DNA of 62,366 nucleotides, the filler included. It is 4 parts of 4 records of this genome, joined end to end, with 100 filler letters (N's around TTAATTAATTAA, not from the genome) between each part and the next. Parts side by side here need not be neighbours in the genome. Positions count along the whole stretch, not along the records: positions 36,923 to 57,175 come from SRR22947725_3627; positions 57,276 to 62,366 come from SRR22947725_3630; 2 more parts are not named here. One strand, written 5' to 3'. This document shows, one piece after another, positions 48,506-59,806 of the stretch. How positions within the stretch are numbered: position 1 is the stretch's first letter; each line of letters opens with the position of its first letter. Position numbers and translations under genes: made by a program. Under the pieces are notes generated by a model that saw nothing but the letters and a program-made list of their open reading frames with translations, ran no database searches and was not told where the DNA came from.

Positions 48506-49813
48506 TTATTGAACAAGTTCTCCCACTACAGGAATGGGACTTAATTTGGATTGGTCGATAGTAAAAGCAGATAGCAAATTTTTCGAGACCGAATGTGCAG
48601 ATTCTTCATCCTTAGCATGAATCCGGCAGAGGAGATCTCCCGATTGAACGGCTTGGCCAAGCCCGGAAATTTGGTCCAAACCAACAGAAAGATCAAGAAT
48701 TTCATCCTGTTGCTTCCGTCCGCCCCCCAGTTCAATCACCACCTGTCCAACCGCACGCAAATCAATTCCGGAGATAAATCCATTCTCTTTTGCAACCAAG
48801 TCATAAAGGAAGGGGGCTTCAGGTAAATATTGGGAATAATTTTCAACGAGATCATTGGGTCCGCCCAAAGCGAAAACCATCCGAGCGAACCGTTCGGTTG
48901 CCTGTCCGCTGCCAATAACCTGATCTATTTTAGTTTCTCCCTCACTCGAATTTTCAACTAATCCGCCCAGACAGAGTAATTCTCCACCCAGGGAAAGCGT
49001 AACTTCCCGCAATCTTGGATCCTGATTTACACCATTGAGGAACTCAAGTGCATTACGACATTCAAGTGCATTTCCGGCTGCACGGGCAAGTGGCTGTTCC
49101 ATATCAGTCAACCGGGCCGATGTTTTACAGCCCGCTCCATTCGCTCCGTCCACCAAAGAACGGGCCAACCGCTTGGCTTCACCCGGATCACTTATAAATG
49201 CACCGTTCCCAACCTTGACATCAAGAATGAGCCCCTCCAAACCAGCGGCTAGTTTCTTCGAAAGAATGGATGCGGTGATTAAATCAATACTTTCCACGGT
49301 GGAGGTGACATCGCGAATCGCATACAACCTCTTATCGGCCGGAGCAATCCCCTGCCCCGCCCCGACTATTGCACAGCCCACATCCGCAACAATTTTTTGA
49401 AACTCATCTTCGGGAAGTAAAGTACGATACCCCGGAATGGACTCCAATTTATCCAGCGTTCCACCTGTATGTCCTAGTCCACGCCCGGAAATCATTGGAA
49501 TATAAGCCCCGCAAGCAGCGAGTGCTGGAGCAAGGATAAGGGAGACATTATCCCCAATTCCTCCGGTTGAGTGTTTATCCAAAACCGGACCGGGTAAGTC
49601 CCACTGTTGGACATTCCCCGAATCCCTCATCGCCAGAGTCAGGCCTACGCGTTCCTCCTCACTTAATCCATGGACACAGACGGCCATCGCAAAAGCACCA
49701 GCTTGGGCATCGGAAACCGTACCGGAAACTAATCCTCGAGCAAATTCACTCAACTCGTCGGTCGATAGAACCATCCCGTCCCGAACCTTCGATAAAATCA
49801 GCGGTATATTCAT
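48506..49813 (-). CDS. deoA: Thymidine/pyrimidine-nucleoside phosphorylase
   Basis: [43 protein letters not shown] and LDVKVG. Confidence 0.95.
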   Translation of the reverse strand: MNIPLILSKVRDGMVLSTDELSEFARGLVSGTVSDAQAGAFAMAVCVHGLSEEERVGLTLAMRDSGNVQQWDLPGPVLDKHSTGGIGDNVSLILAPALAACGAYIPMISGRGLGHTGGTLDKLESIPGYRTLLPEDEFQKIVADVGCAIVGAGQGIAPADKRLYAIRDVTSTVESIDLITASILSKKLAAGLEGLILDVKVGNGAFISDPGEAKRLARSLVDGANGAGCKTSARLTDMEQPLARAAGNALECRNALEFLNGVNQDPRLREVTLSLGGELLCLGGLVENSSEGETKIDQVIGSGQATERFARMVFALGGPNDLVENYSQYLPEAPFLYDLVAKENGFISGIDLRAVGQVVIELGGGRKQQDEILDLSVGLDQISGLGQAVQSGDLLCRIHAKDEESAHSVSKNLLSAFTIDQSKLSPIPVVGELVQ

Positions 49814-50202
49814 TCCCCCGGCAAGTGGGAATTTGAAAAGGCATGGGGTAAAAGTTCACCAATAGTGATTCGTTTTGTTTCCCCCTTCAAATCGGCAAGA
49901 ACCACCTGTACATCTGGGCTGGAAAACTCGGCAATTTTTTGCCGGCACCCGCCACAAGGGGCAATGGGAACTGGACTCTCCGCGACCACACAAACCTCCT
50001 CAATTTTATTTTCTCCTGCGGCAATCATCGCGGCAATCGCCCCCGCTTCAGCACAGGTTCCCTCCGGATAAGCTGAATTTTCCACATTGCAACCTACAAA
50101 AACCTTCCCATTGGCAGATCGAACAGCAGCACCCACCTTAAACTTGGAATAAGGAGCATGTGCGTTCTCTCGAACTGCAAGGGCATCTTGAAAAAGTGAC
50201 AT
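49810..50202 (-). CDS. cdd: Homotetrameric cytidine deaminase
   Basis: APYSKFKVGAA, NVEN, CAE and PCGGCRQ. Confidence 0.96.
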   Translation of the reverse strand: MSLFQDALAVRENAHAPYSKFKVGAAVRSANGKVFVGCNVENSAYPEGTCAEAGAIAAMIAAGENKIEEVCVVAESPVPIAPCGGCRQKIAEFSSPDVQVVLADLKGETKRITIGELLPHAFSNSHLPGE

Positions 50203-50329
50203 ATAAAATTTTGTTCAGAGTATATTTTGAAACGAAGCTTCGATTCTGGCAAGCGAATGCGAAAAACAAGAAACTTGCCACAGGACCAAGGAATTACAAT
50301 GATTCTATATTCACCCTGTATTCAATATT

Positions 50330-51319
50330 GTGTCTCATTCTAATACCAACTCAATCTCACCAAGCTATTCCCTGAAAAGAAACCCGGGTATGGACCTTGA
50401 CCTCGACTGGGCTCTCTCTGTGCAGGCAAACACCTCGGCCATTGAGCGCCGGTGCAAAACCCTGCCGGGCAGGCGTTCAATTAAAAAAGCTCACCAGGCA
50501 GCCTGGCTCCTCAAGGCAATCACCTGTATTGATTTAACCACCCTATCCGGAGATGACACCGAGCAACGGGTACGAAGGTTATGTCAGAAAGCCAAACATC
50601 CGGTTCGAAAAGATATTTTAGAAGCTCTCGAGATCGAACCGGGCACCATCCGTACCGGTGCAATCTGCGTGTACCATGAAATGGTTCCCGCCGCTGTCTC
50701 CGCTCTCGAAGGGACTGACATTCCAGTGGCAGCAGTATCCACGGGATTCCCCGCCGGCCTCTCCCCTTATTTCTTGCGGTTGGCGGAGATTGGAGAGTCT
50801 GTTCAAGCAGGAGCAAAAGAAATTGATATTGTGATTTCCAGGCGCCATGTACTGACTCAAAATTGGCAGGCGCTATATGATGAAATGAAAGCTTTCAGGG
50901 AAGCCTGTGGCGATGCCCATGTGAAGGCAATTTTAGCCACAGGGGAACTGGGCACTCTGCGTAATGTGGCCCGGGCCTCCATGATCTGTATGATGGCGGG
51001 GGCAGACTTTATTAAAACTTCAACCGGAAAGGAAAGTGTGAATGCGACCCTACCCATTAGCCTAACCATGGTCCGGCAAATCCGGGATTATTACGAGAGA
51101 ACCGCGTACCATGTCGGTTACAAACCGGCGGGGGGAATATCCAAGGCGAAGGACTCCCTCACTTATCTTTCTCTGATCAAGGAGGAACTCGGAGATCGAT
51201 GGCTCCAGCCCGATCTTTTCCGCTTCGGTGCCTCCAGTCTGCTTGGGGATATCGAACGACAACTAGAACACTTTGTAACCGGGCACTACTCGGCCAATCA
51301 TCGACACGCAATGGGATAA
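50330..51319 (+). CDS. deoC: Deoxyribose-phosphate aldolase (long type)
   Basis: IDLTTL, GFP, EIDIV, HVKAIL, FIKTSTGK, KPAGG and RFGASSLL. Confidence 0.95.
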   Translation: MSHSNTNSISPSYSLKRNPGMDLDLDWALSVQANTSAIERRCKTLPGRRSIKKAHQAAWLLKAITCIDLTTLSGDDTEQRVRRLCQKAKHPVRKDILEALEIEPGTIRTGAICVYHEMVPAAVSALEGTDIPVAAVSTGFPAGLSPYFLRLAEIGESVQAGAKEIDIVISRRHVLTQNWQALYDEMKAFREACGDAHVKAILATGELGTLRNVARASMICMMAGADFIKTSTGKESVNATLPISLTMVRQIRDYYERTAYHVGYKPAGGISKAKDSLTYLSLIKEELGDRWLQPDLFRFGASSLLGDIERQLEHFVTGHYSANHRHAMG

Positions 51320-51322
51320 GGA

Positions 51323-53695
51323 ATGAAAGTTAAGGAAATTTTGGAAACAATGGATTATGGAGAGGCACCGGAAAGTGCCGAACAGGCGAAGGCATGGATT
51401 GCTACCCATTCCGGCAAAATGGGCCTCTATATTAATGGTTCAATTGAATGCCCCGACGGACGGGACTCTTTGGAAAGCAGGAACCCAGCGAACGGAGAAC
51501 TCCTCGCCCGTGTCTGCCAGTCAGAAGGAAAAGATATCGACCGGGCAGTGGAAGCCGCCCGTAATGCACAACCCGCATGGGAAGGAATAGGCGGTCCAGC
51601 CCGGGCAAAATATCTCTACGCCCTCGCCCGCCTTGTCCAAAAACATTCACGCCTCCTTGCCGTACTGGAAAGCCTGGATAACGGAAAACCAATCCGGGAA
51701 AGTCGGGATATCGATATCCCCCTGGTCGCCCGTCATTTTTATTATCATGCCGGGGCCGCTCAGTTAATGGAAAAGGAAATGCCCGGCCAAAAAGCACTGG
51801 GCGTGGCCGGACAGGTTATTCCATGGAATTTCCCCCTACTCATGCTAGCCTGGAAAATTGCTCCCGCCATTGCCATGGGCAACACGGTGGTTCTAAAACC
51901 GGCGGAATACACCTCCCTCTCCGCACTTCTCTTTGCAGAAATTTGTATCGAAGCAGGACTACCCGCTGGTGTGGTCAATCTCGTCACTGGGGATGGACGG
52001 GTTGGCGAAATGCTGGTGACTCAAGAAGGAATTGATAAAGTTGCTTTTACCGGGTCGACCGAAGTCGGACGTAAAATCCGTCAGGCAATTGCCGGACAGG
52101 GCAAGGAACTCACACTTGAACTCGGAGGTAAATCCCCCTACATCGTATTCGACGATGCCGACCTTGACAGTGCGGTGGAAGGATTAGTCGATGCAATCTG
52201 GTTTAATCAGGGACAGGTATGCTGTGCCGGATCTCGTCTGTTTGTACAGGAAGGAATTGCGGAAATATTTCATAAAAAACTCAGGGCACGGATGGATAAA
52301 TTGCGCATCGGCGATCCATTGGACAAGTCCATTGATGTGGGAACCATCATCGATCCAAGCCAGCTCGAATCCATCACCCGTATTGTAGAGGAAGGCTTAA
52401 AAGAAGGTGGTGAACGACATATCTGCCCAGCCGAATTACCGGAAAAAGGTTGTTTCTATCCACCCACACTTATCACTGAAGTGGACCCTGCATGCCAACT
52501 CATGCAGGAGGAAATTTTTGGCCCCGTTTTAGTCGGCACCACCTTCCGCACACCCTCGGAAGCAGTGGCTCTGGCCAATAACACCCGCTATGGCCTGGCC
52601 GCATCCATCTGGACCGAAAATATTAATCTCGCTCTCGACATTGCCCCCAAAGTGATCTGTGGAGTGGCATGGATTAATTCAACCAATCAATTTGACGCAG
52701 CCGCCGGATTTGGAGGTCGCCGAGAAAGCGGATTTGGCCGCGAAGGCGGCCAGGAAGGATTGTATGCCTATACGCGTTCGAAAAATGCCCCAACCATCGA
52801 ACTGGCCCAGGTCCAGGCGCTCAAAGGAAAAACAGAGCCTGCAGGAACAGATATTGACCGCACCGCCAAGCTCTTCATTGGGGGCAAACAAACCCGACCT
52901 GACAGTGGATATTCCAGCCCCGTCTTTTCAACCGAAGGAAAACTAATCGCACAAGTCGGACAAGGTAGCCGTAAGGATATCCGCAATGCAGTGGAATCAG
53001 CAGCTGGTGCAAAAGGCTGGGGTAAAGCCACAGCCCATCTCCGTGCTCAAATTCTTTATTATTTGGGTGAAAACCTATCCGCACGAAAAAACGAGTTTTC
53101 CGATCGTATCGCGAAAATGACCGGTTGCAAAGAAGACACGGCCGAACTGGAAGTGAACAGTTCGATCGATCGTTTATTTACCTATGCGGCATGGGCGGAT
53201 AAATATGACGGGGCTGCCCACGGCGTTCCTATCCGCGGAGTCGCTCTGGCCATGAACGAACCGGTGGGAGTGATTGGAATGATCTGTCCGGACGAGTCCC
53301 CCCTACTTGGATTAATCTCACTTCTCGCCCCTGCACTTGCTATGGGTAACACCTGTGTGGTGGTTCCTTCTGAACCGTTCCCCCTATCCGCCACCGATCT
53401 CTATCAGGTATTTGAAACTTCAGATTTACCGGCAGGCGTGGTTAATCTGGTCACCGCAAAACATGCTGAAGTCGCCGAAACCCTTGCCGGGCATATGGAA
53501 ATCGATGCCCAATGGTATTTTGGATCGGGTGGACTCTCCCCCTTAATTGAAAAAGCCTCCGCCGGTAATCTAAAACGGACATGGGTAAATCAGGGAAAAT
53601 CGATCGACTGGAATGATTCGAAACAGGCCGAGGGAAAAATGTTTCTTCGCCAAGCGACCGAAGTGAAAAATATTTGGATTCCGTATGGAGAATAA
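51323..53695 (+). CDS. Aldehyde dehydrogenase, ALDH16-like (catalytic ALDH plus C-terminal ALDH-like domain)
   Basis: PWNFP, FTGST, LELGGK, NQGQVCCAG and EEIFGP, followed by a second Rossmann-like ALDH half (KLFIGG...NEPVGVIG...GVVNLVT) lacking catalytic motifs. Confidence 0.88.
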   Translation: MKVKEILETMDYGEAPESAEQAKAWIATHSGKMGLYINGSIECPDGRDSLESRNPANGELLARVCQSEGKDIDRAVEAARNAQPAWEGIGGPARAKYLYALARLVQKHSRLLAVLESLDNGKPIRESRDIDIPLVARHFYYHAGAAQLMEKEMPGQKALGVAGQVIPWNFPLLMLAWKIAPAIAMGNTVVLKPAEYTSLSALLFAEICIEAGLPAGVVNLVTGDGRVGEMLVTQEGIDKVAFTGSTEVGRKIRQAIAGQGKELTLELGGKSPYIVFDDADLDSAVEGLVDAIWFNQGQVCCAGSRLFVQEGIAEIFHKKLRARMDKLRIGDPLDKSIDVGTIIDPSQLESITRIVEEGLKEGGERHICPAELPEKGCFYPPTLITEVDPACQLMQEEIFGPVLVGTTFRTPSEAVALANNTRYGLAASIWTENINLALDIAPKVICGVAWINSTNQFDAAAGFGGRRESGFGREGGQEGLYAYTRSKNAPTIELAQVQALKGKTEPAGTDIDRTAKLFIGGKQTRPDSGYSSPVFSTEGKLIAQVGQGSRKDIRNAVESAAGAKGWGKATAHLRAQILYYLGENLSARKNEFSDRIAKMTGCKEDTAELEVNSSIDRLFTYAAWADKYDGAAHGVPIRGVALAMNEPVGVIGMICPDESPLLGLISLLAPALAMGNTCVVVPSEPFPLSATDLYQVFETSDLPAGVVNLVTAKHAEVAETLAGHMEIDAQWYFGSGGLSPLIEKASAGNLKRTWVNQGKSIDWNDSKQAEGKMFLRQATEVKNIWIPYGE

Positions 53696-53804
53696 ATTTT
53701 CACGAAATTAAAGTTTTTTCTAAGAAAATGAATCCTCGTTCGTCCTAATGCGAACGATCCAATGATTCCACCCGCTTCCTTCCCTTCCTCACATTTAAAC
53801 TCAC

Positions 53805-56800
53805 ATGAAAAATAAGCTGTTTCTCTTCTTTCTTTTCTCCCTCCTTCCGACAATTTCTTCCCTTCAGGGTAATGTAATTGGTTATGTTGAGGATTTTGCT
53901 CTCGCTCCCGATCGTGAGGCGGTTCTCAAGGACCTGGTTCCCGGAACCCGCGAGTACTACTATTACCATGCCCTGCATGCTCAGAATGAAGGACAACATG
54001 GAGAAGTCGAAAAACTAATCGGACTCTGGGTAAAACGCTATGGAGAAACCTCAAGGGTTCGTGAAATCCGGAACCGGGCAGCCTTGCTCGAATACGAAAA
54101 AAAACCCGAGAAATCGATGGATTACCTGAAGAAAAAATTGGGGCTTCGCTTTAACCATAGCCGGGTAATCGAAGGCAGAAAACCTGCTCACCCCACAAAA
54201 CTCGACCCGAAACATGTTTCCTATGATTCTTATTATCAGGAGGCAATCAGGGTATATAAAAACCTTCAGGGTTTTGAACAGCGGGGTTTGCGTAACCTCA
54301 AAGCAAATAAACTCAACGGTATTCAATTACGCGACTTTTTGGGACGAATCGTTTATCCAGACATACCCGGTCTACCAGAGTTGATTCAAAAAGATTTAAA
54401 GGAAAAACAGAGTCGAGGATTTGGATCTTTGAGCATCCATCGGAACTTAACCAAGAAACAACTGGATGAACTGCTTGAACTGGACCCAAAACTTCTCAAC
54501 TCCAATCATTTTGTTCAGAATTACCTTTCCCGGCTAAGCCCATCCGCTGATTTAAACCCCGAGGAGGAACCGGAAGAGAAATCCGCCTGGTTTAACCGTC
54601 AGCTCCTCTTCGTCAGAACACTCTCCCCAGCTTTTAATTCCCTCAAGGCCAATGTTCTCTACAACATATTAAAACACAAAAGATCCCTCGGCAACTGGGA
54701 CCGTGAACTCCTTCTGGAATATCTGGCTTTACCCCGTCCGGTTTCCTATCTACGCAGGGAATGGACCCAGGCAGAAATGAAGAAACCGGGTGCCAAATCG
54801 GTTAATTTCAACGAAGATTTTAGAAGTTTCGGATGCTACGCTCCCATCCGACACGAGACTCCCCTGGTCCGTTCGATGCTTCTTCATTTTTTCGACTCAG
54901 ATGAAAACTTTGACTCTTTTTCAAAATACTTAACCGATGAATTCCTCAAACCGATTTTTGCAGAGGCCAAGCTGACCGCAGGAAAGGGAGATGCCGAGAA
55001 ATGGTACTCCATGCTCTCCACTAGTCAGCTCAAGAATTTAAGAGAAAGAATCGATTTATCTTTCGCTCATCAGAACAAGCAAAGCTTTGCTCCAAACGAT
55101 AAGGTAAACCTCAAGCTTTGGACCAAAAATGTTGATAAGTTAATGATCAAGGAATTCGAGATCAATGCCTTCAATTACTACATAAAAAACAGACAGGAGG
55201 TAAGCACAGCGATTGAATTGGACGGTCTTACCGCTACCCGCGAGCGGGTAGTCGAGAGCGATCTTCCACCCATTCGCAGAAATTTACGGTCCATCTCTTT
55301 TCCTAATCTAAAAAAGAGAGGCGTATATGTCGTCGAATTCATTGGGAATGGAATTTCAAGCCGTGCCCTGATCCGGAAAGGAACCCTTCGTCTACTTGAA
55401 AAAATTGGCCCAGCCGGTCATGAGTTCCGGATACTTGATGAGAAGAACCAAATCTGCGACGAGGCCACGCTTTGGTTCAATGATAAAGAGTATTTGCACA
55501 AGAACGGAGTCATCCTGATTCCTTTCAGCAACAATCCGGGATCACGAACCGTTATTCTACGGGACGGAGATTTTGCAAGCCTTGCCCGCTTTAACCACTT
55601 GGGAGAAAACTACAAGCTTCAGGTCGGGTTTCATATGGATCGCGAATCCCTCAGAAGCGGGGAAAATACCACCCTCTTGGTTCGTCCTACCCTGCGCCTG
55701 AATGGATATCCCACTTCCTTAAAATTATTGGAAGAAATCAAACTGGTGATTACCTCCTATGATCATGATAACCAACCAACCCGTATGGAAGTACCCATCG
55801 AAAACCTCGACCCGCGGGAGGAATTTGCTCATGAATTTCGGATTCCAGAAAGGACTCACCGAGTAGAGGCATTTGTGGAGGCCAAGGTTGAGAGTCTAAG
55901 TGGCTCAAAAAAGGTAAACCTAAGGGACAATTTTTCAATCTCCATCAATGGTATAGATCAGGGTAACCAGACTGCGAGCCCCCTTCTTCTTCGTTCATCG
56001 AATGGATTTTTTCTCGAAGTCCGGGGCAAAAATGGGGAACCCTTCGTTGATTATTCTGTACCCTTTAGTTTTAAACATGTGGATTTTCGACGAACCCGAA
56101 ATCATACCCTTAAGACAGATGAAATGGGTCGTATCCAGCTTGGATTCCTTCCCAATATTGAATGGTTACAGGTAAGTACCCCGAATACCCAAAAATGGGA
56201 ACTTGAAAAACATTCGGTTGGGCGCTCGCATCTACCAACCCTCATCCATGCCGTACTGGGCGATTCCGTCACCTTACCGTTTCCACGTTTGGGTAACCGG
56301 TTTCCAATCAATGAATTTTCCCTTTTTGAATTAAGAACCAATTCCTTTTTCGTCGATCATTCAGACAAAATAAGCACCCTTCCCGGACTGATCGAAATCT
56401 CCAACCTGCCCGCTGGAAACTTTATGCTTAACCACCACCCGACCGGTCGTTCAGTCACCATTCGGATAACCGATGGAGAGAACCGATCCGGCTTTGCAGT
56501 ATCACGCCACCATATTCTGGAGAGAAATTATGACCCACCCCTGTCCATATCTTCCATCGAAGCAAAGGATGGTAAATTGCACATTCGTTTGGCCAATGCT
56601 CATTCAAGTGCCCGCTTACATGTTTTCGGTACTGCATATACTCCCATTTTTGACGCTCATTCCTTACTCCAATTAAATCCCGTCCCCACGCCCTCCTCCA
56701 TGGCTTTGTCGATCCCACGAACTCTCTTTGTCGAGGAAAGGGATATTGGGGAAGAATATCGCTATGTACTGGAAAGACAGGGAGCCGAAAAATTTCCCGG

Positions 56801-57175
56801 CAATCTGCTCCCCCGCCCGGGACTTATTCTTAATCCTTGGTCCGTTCGTTCAACAGATACCCAGAAAAAAGAAGCCCAAGCAGGAGCCGACTACGCGGAC
56901 CGAAAAGATCAAGCAGATTTGTTGGCAAGGGCAGTAGAGCAGATAGCAGCCAAAATTAGCGGGCTCAATGATAAGACCAACTTGGACTTCCTCGAACATG
57001 GTACCCTGCTCTTAAAAAACCTCCGTCCAAATAAGGATGGTGTGGTCATTATCGACATCCCAAGGGACAAGGGATATCGAATGCTGAGGTTTCTTGCCCT
57101 CGACCCGATTCAACAGGTCAGCCTCGATCTACCTCTTCCGGATGCGGGAACCATTCCCAGGGAAAGACGGATGGT
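53805..57175 (+). CDS. Large secreted hypothetical protein (>1120 aa); 3' truncated
   Basis: Long ORF with an N-terminal signal peptide, a helical N-region and a beta-rich C-region. It runs into the N-gap. Confidence 0.85.
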
Positions 57176-57275
57176 NNNNNNNNNNNNNNNNNNNNNNNNN
57201 NNNNNNNNNNNNNNNNNNNTTAATTAATTAANNNNNNNNNNNNNNNNNNNNNNNNNNNNNNNNNNNNNNNNNNNN
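57176..57275. other. Artificial contig linker
   Basis: N44-TTAATTAATTAA-N44. Confidence 0.99.
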
Positions 57276-58441
57276 ACCTCATCTGGACCATCTGCAATTC
57301 TACAAAATCTACTTGTTGTAAATATATGAGCCAGTGGAGTATCTTGAGATACACCCATGCCTCCAAAGATTTGTATCGCTCTGCTAGATACATCTTCACA
57401 CATCTTTGGTGCTACTATTTTTAACATTGAGATATAGTCTCTTGCTGCATCTATGCCATAGTTATCCATTTTTTCAGCAGCAGATAGAACAAGCAATCGA
57501 CATTGTTCAATATCACATCTACTTCTTGCTATCTCATGCTGAACACTTGTTTTTTTACTTAGCGCCTCACCAAAGGCAACTCTGCTTTGAGCTCTTTCAC
57601 ACATGAGCTCTAAAGATCTTTGGGCCATACCAACAAACATCATCGCATATTGAAACCTGCCTGGACCAAGTCTACCCTGAGCTATTTCAAATCCTCTTCC
57701 TTCACCTAATATAAGATTAGACACTGGAACACGGACATTTTTGAAAACTACATCACCTTCACCACCTGGAGAGTGGTATTCACCAAGAGATCTTAGGGCT
57801 CTTGTGATTGAAAAGCCTTCAGCATCAGTAGGCACAATAATTGTTGAGTGTTGTGTATGGCGTGGGTTGTCAGGATTTGATTTTCCCATGACAAGCATAA
57901 ACTTACACTTTGGTGAAATGACACCAGTTGTCCACCATTTTTTTCCATTGAGAACATACTCATCACCATCACGTCTAATCTCTAGTTCCATATTTGTTGC
58001 ATCTGATGATGCAACATCCGGTTCAGTCATTGCATATGCTGATCGAATTTCACCTGCTAGTAGTGGCTCAAGCCATTGTTTTTGCTGCTCAGGAGTTCCG
58101 TATTTTGCCAATACTTCCATATTGCCTCTATCAGGAGCATTACAATTAAAGATCTGTTGTGCCCATGCAGACTTAGACATTGTTTCAAAAAGGCCTGCAA
58201 TTTCTAAGTTTGTTAAGCCAGGACTCCATGGAGCATATTCTTTTGGTAAAAATAAATTCCATAGTTCTTGTTTTTTTGCTTCTTTTTTTAGATCTTCATA
58301 CCAATCAGGATATTGCCATAGATTTTCTTGATTGCTTGTAAACTCATCATAGTCTCTTTCGCGAGGATAGATATGCTCCTCCATGAATGCTTCAAGTCTT
58401 TCATTTATTTCTTTTGCTTTATCGCTTACTTCAAATCCCAT
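57276..58441 (-). CDS. Acyl-CoA dehydrogenase (ACAD10/11-like); 3' truncated
   Basis: FNCNAPDRGNMEVL, AMTEP.VASSDATN, GKKWW, AQGRLGPGR and RIADGPDE. Confidence 0.93.
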
Positions 58442-58546
58442 AGCATCTCCCTCAATATACTTTGCATGAAGTTTAACTTCATATAGAACTTCTTTATATA
58501 TATAATTTTCATCAAGCCTTTCTTAATAACTGTTAAACAAACTTAA

Positions 58547-59263
58547 ATGTCAAAAAATATAGCAATAATTGGTTCAAGTGGTGCAATAGGTAATGCATTT
58601 GTTGAACATTATATAAAACATAGCTCTGTAGAAAATATATTTACATTCTCAAGAAATGCTACTGATCATGTATCAGAAAAAGTTTCTAGTTTTGAAATTG
58701 ATGTAGAAAGCCAAGATAGTATTGAAAAAGCTGCAGGCCAGGTTAAAGAGCATATTATTGATAGGATTATTATTGCTAGCGGCATTCTTCATACTGAAAG
58801 TTTTGGCCCCGAAAAAAGCATAAAAGATCTTAATTATGAAACCTTTGCAAAGGTATATAGCATCAACACAATTGGACCAGCTCTTATTGGTAGGTACTTT
58901 ATCCCTTTGATGAATAAGAATGAAAAGAGCGTTATTGCATTTTTAAGTGCAAGAGTGGGTAGTATTTCAGATAACAGTCTTGGCGGTTGGTATTCATACA
59001 GATCCAGCAAAACTGCATTAAATCAAATAGTTAAAAATTTCAGTATTGAATTAAAAAGAATAAATAAGAATGCAATAGCTTTAGCACTTCAGCCAGGTAC
59101 TGTCGAAAGTAAGTTTAGCGAGCCATTTAAAAAAAATGTTTCAAAGGGCAAACTATTTACTCCTGATTATAGTGTTGATTTACTCTCTCAAGTGATTGAA
59201 GGCTCAAGTGCTAATGAGTCAGGCAGCTTATTATCTTATGATGGTAAAATTATAAAACCTTAG
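58547..59263 (+). CDS. Short-chain dehydrogenase (CsgA/C-factor-like)
   Basis: IGSSGAIG, PEKS, SARVGSISDN..GGWYSYRSSK and QPGTV. Confidence 0.88.
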   Translation: MSKNIAIIGSSGAIGNAFVEHYIKHSSVENIFTFSRNATDHVSEKVSSFEIDVESQDSIEKAAGQVKEHIIDRIIIASGILHTESFGPEKSIKDLNYETFAKVYSINTIGPALIGRYFIPLMNKNEKSVIAFLSARVGSISDNSLGGWYSYRSSKTALNQIVKNFSIELKRINKNAIALALQPGTVESKFSEPFKKNVSKGKLFTPDYSVDLLSQVIEGSSANESGSLLSYDGKIIKP

Positions 59264-59268
59264 CTTCT

Positions 59269-59697
59269 TTAATTAAGAATACAAATAAATCTAGATGTTG
59301 TTACTTCTGAGTTCTTGTTATATTCATTAACATAAAAATTATATTCATCTCTATCTTTTTGTGTTCTCTCTCTTTCTCTCCATTTTGATGCAGTTTCAGA
59401 GTCGGGAAAAATAACGTGAGTTGAAAGTCTAAAGATTTCATCAGACGGTACCCCATTTTCATCTCTAAGATACTGAATTGATGGAATAACCTCAACTTCA
59501 TAGCCTCTATCTTTATAGAAAGTTTCATGAAGACTTGAAGCATTCAGCACGCCATCAATAGTTCCGTTCTTAGTTAATTTTGCTACATAGTAATTTGCAG
59601 GCTTTCCTTCACAGTCATCAGGCTTTGGTAAATTTTTATGATTATCTGCAAAAACAGAAAAAGAAATAATAGCTATTGTTGTTAGTAAATATTTCAT
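59269..59697 (-). CDS. Small secreted hypothetical protein
   Basis: AAGGAG RBS, signal peptide MKYLLTTIAIISFSVFA-DNH, and two Cys near the ends of the mature protein. Confidence 0.7.
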   Translation of the reverse strand: MKYLLTTIAIISFSVFADNHKNLPKPDDCEGKPANYYVAKLTKNGTIDGVLNASSLHETFYKDRGYEVEVIPSIQYLRDENGVPSDEIFRLSTHVIFPDSETASKWRERERTQKDRDEYNFYVNEYNKNSEVTTSRFICILN

Positions 59698-59760
59698 ACA
59701 AAAACTCCTTTTTAAAAACATTTTTATTAAAAGTATTATATTAAAGTATATTTTAGAAAT

Positions 59761-59786
59761 AAAAAAACCCGGCCTAGACCGGGTTT
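59761..59786 (-). terminator. Rho-independent terminator of the proteorhodopsin gene
   Basis: AAACCCGG-N6-CCGGGTTT stem running into a T-tract on the minus strand, about 20 nt after the stop. Confidence 0.8.
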
Positions 59787-59806
59787 AAATTTTAAGAATA
59801 TTTAAC

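Noticed and set aside
50247-50260. Sigma-54 promoter (TGGCAAGCGAATGC)
   Set aside because: The GG-to-GC spacing is 9 nt rather than the required 10.
57276-59263. Acyl-CoA dehydrogenase and SDR as a novel retinal-supply pathway for proteorhodopsin
   Set aside because: Both are common lipid-metabolism families, are not co-transcribed with proteorhodopsin, and show no carotenoid-related motif.
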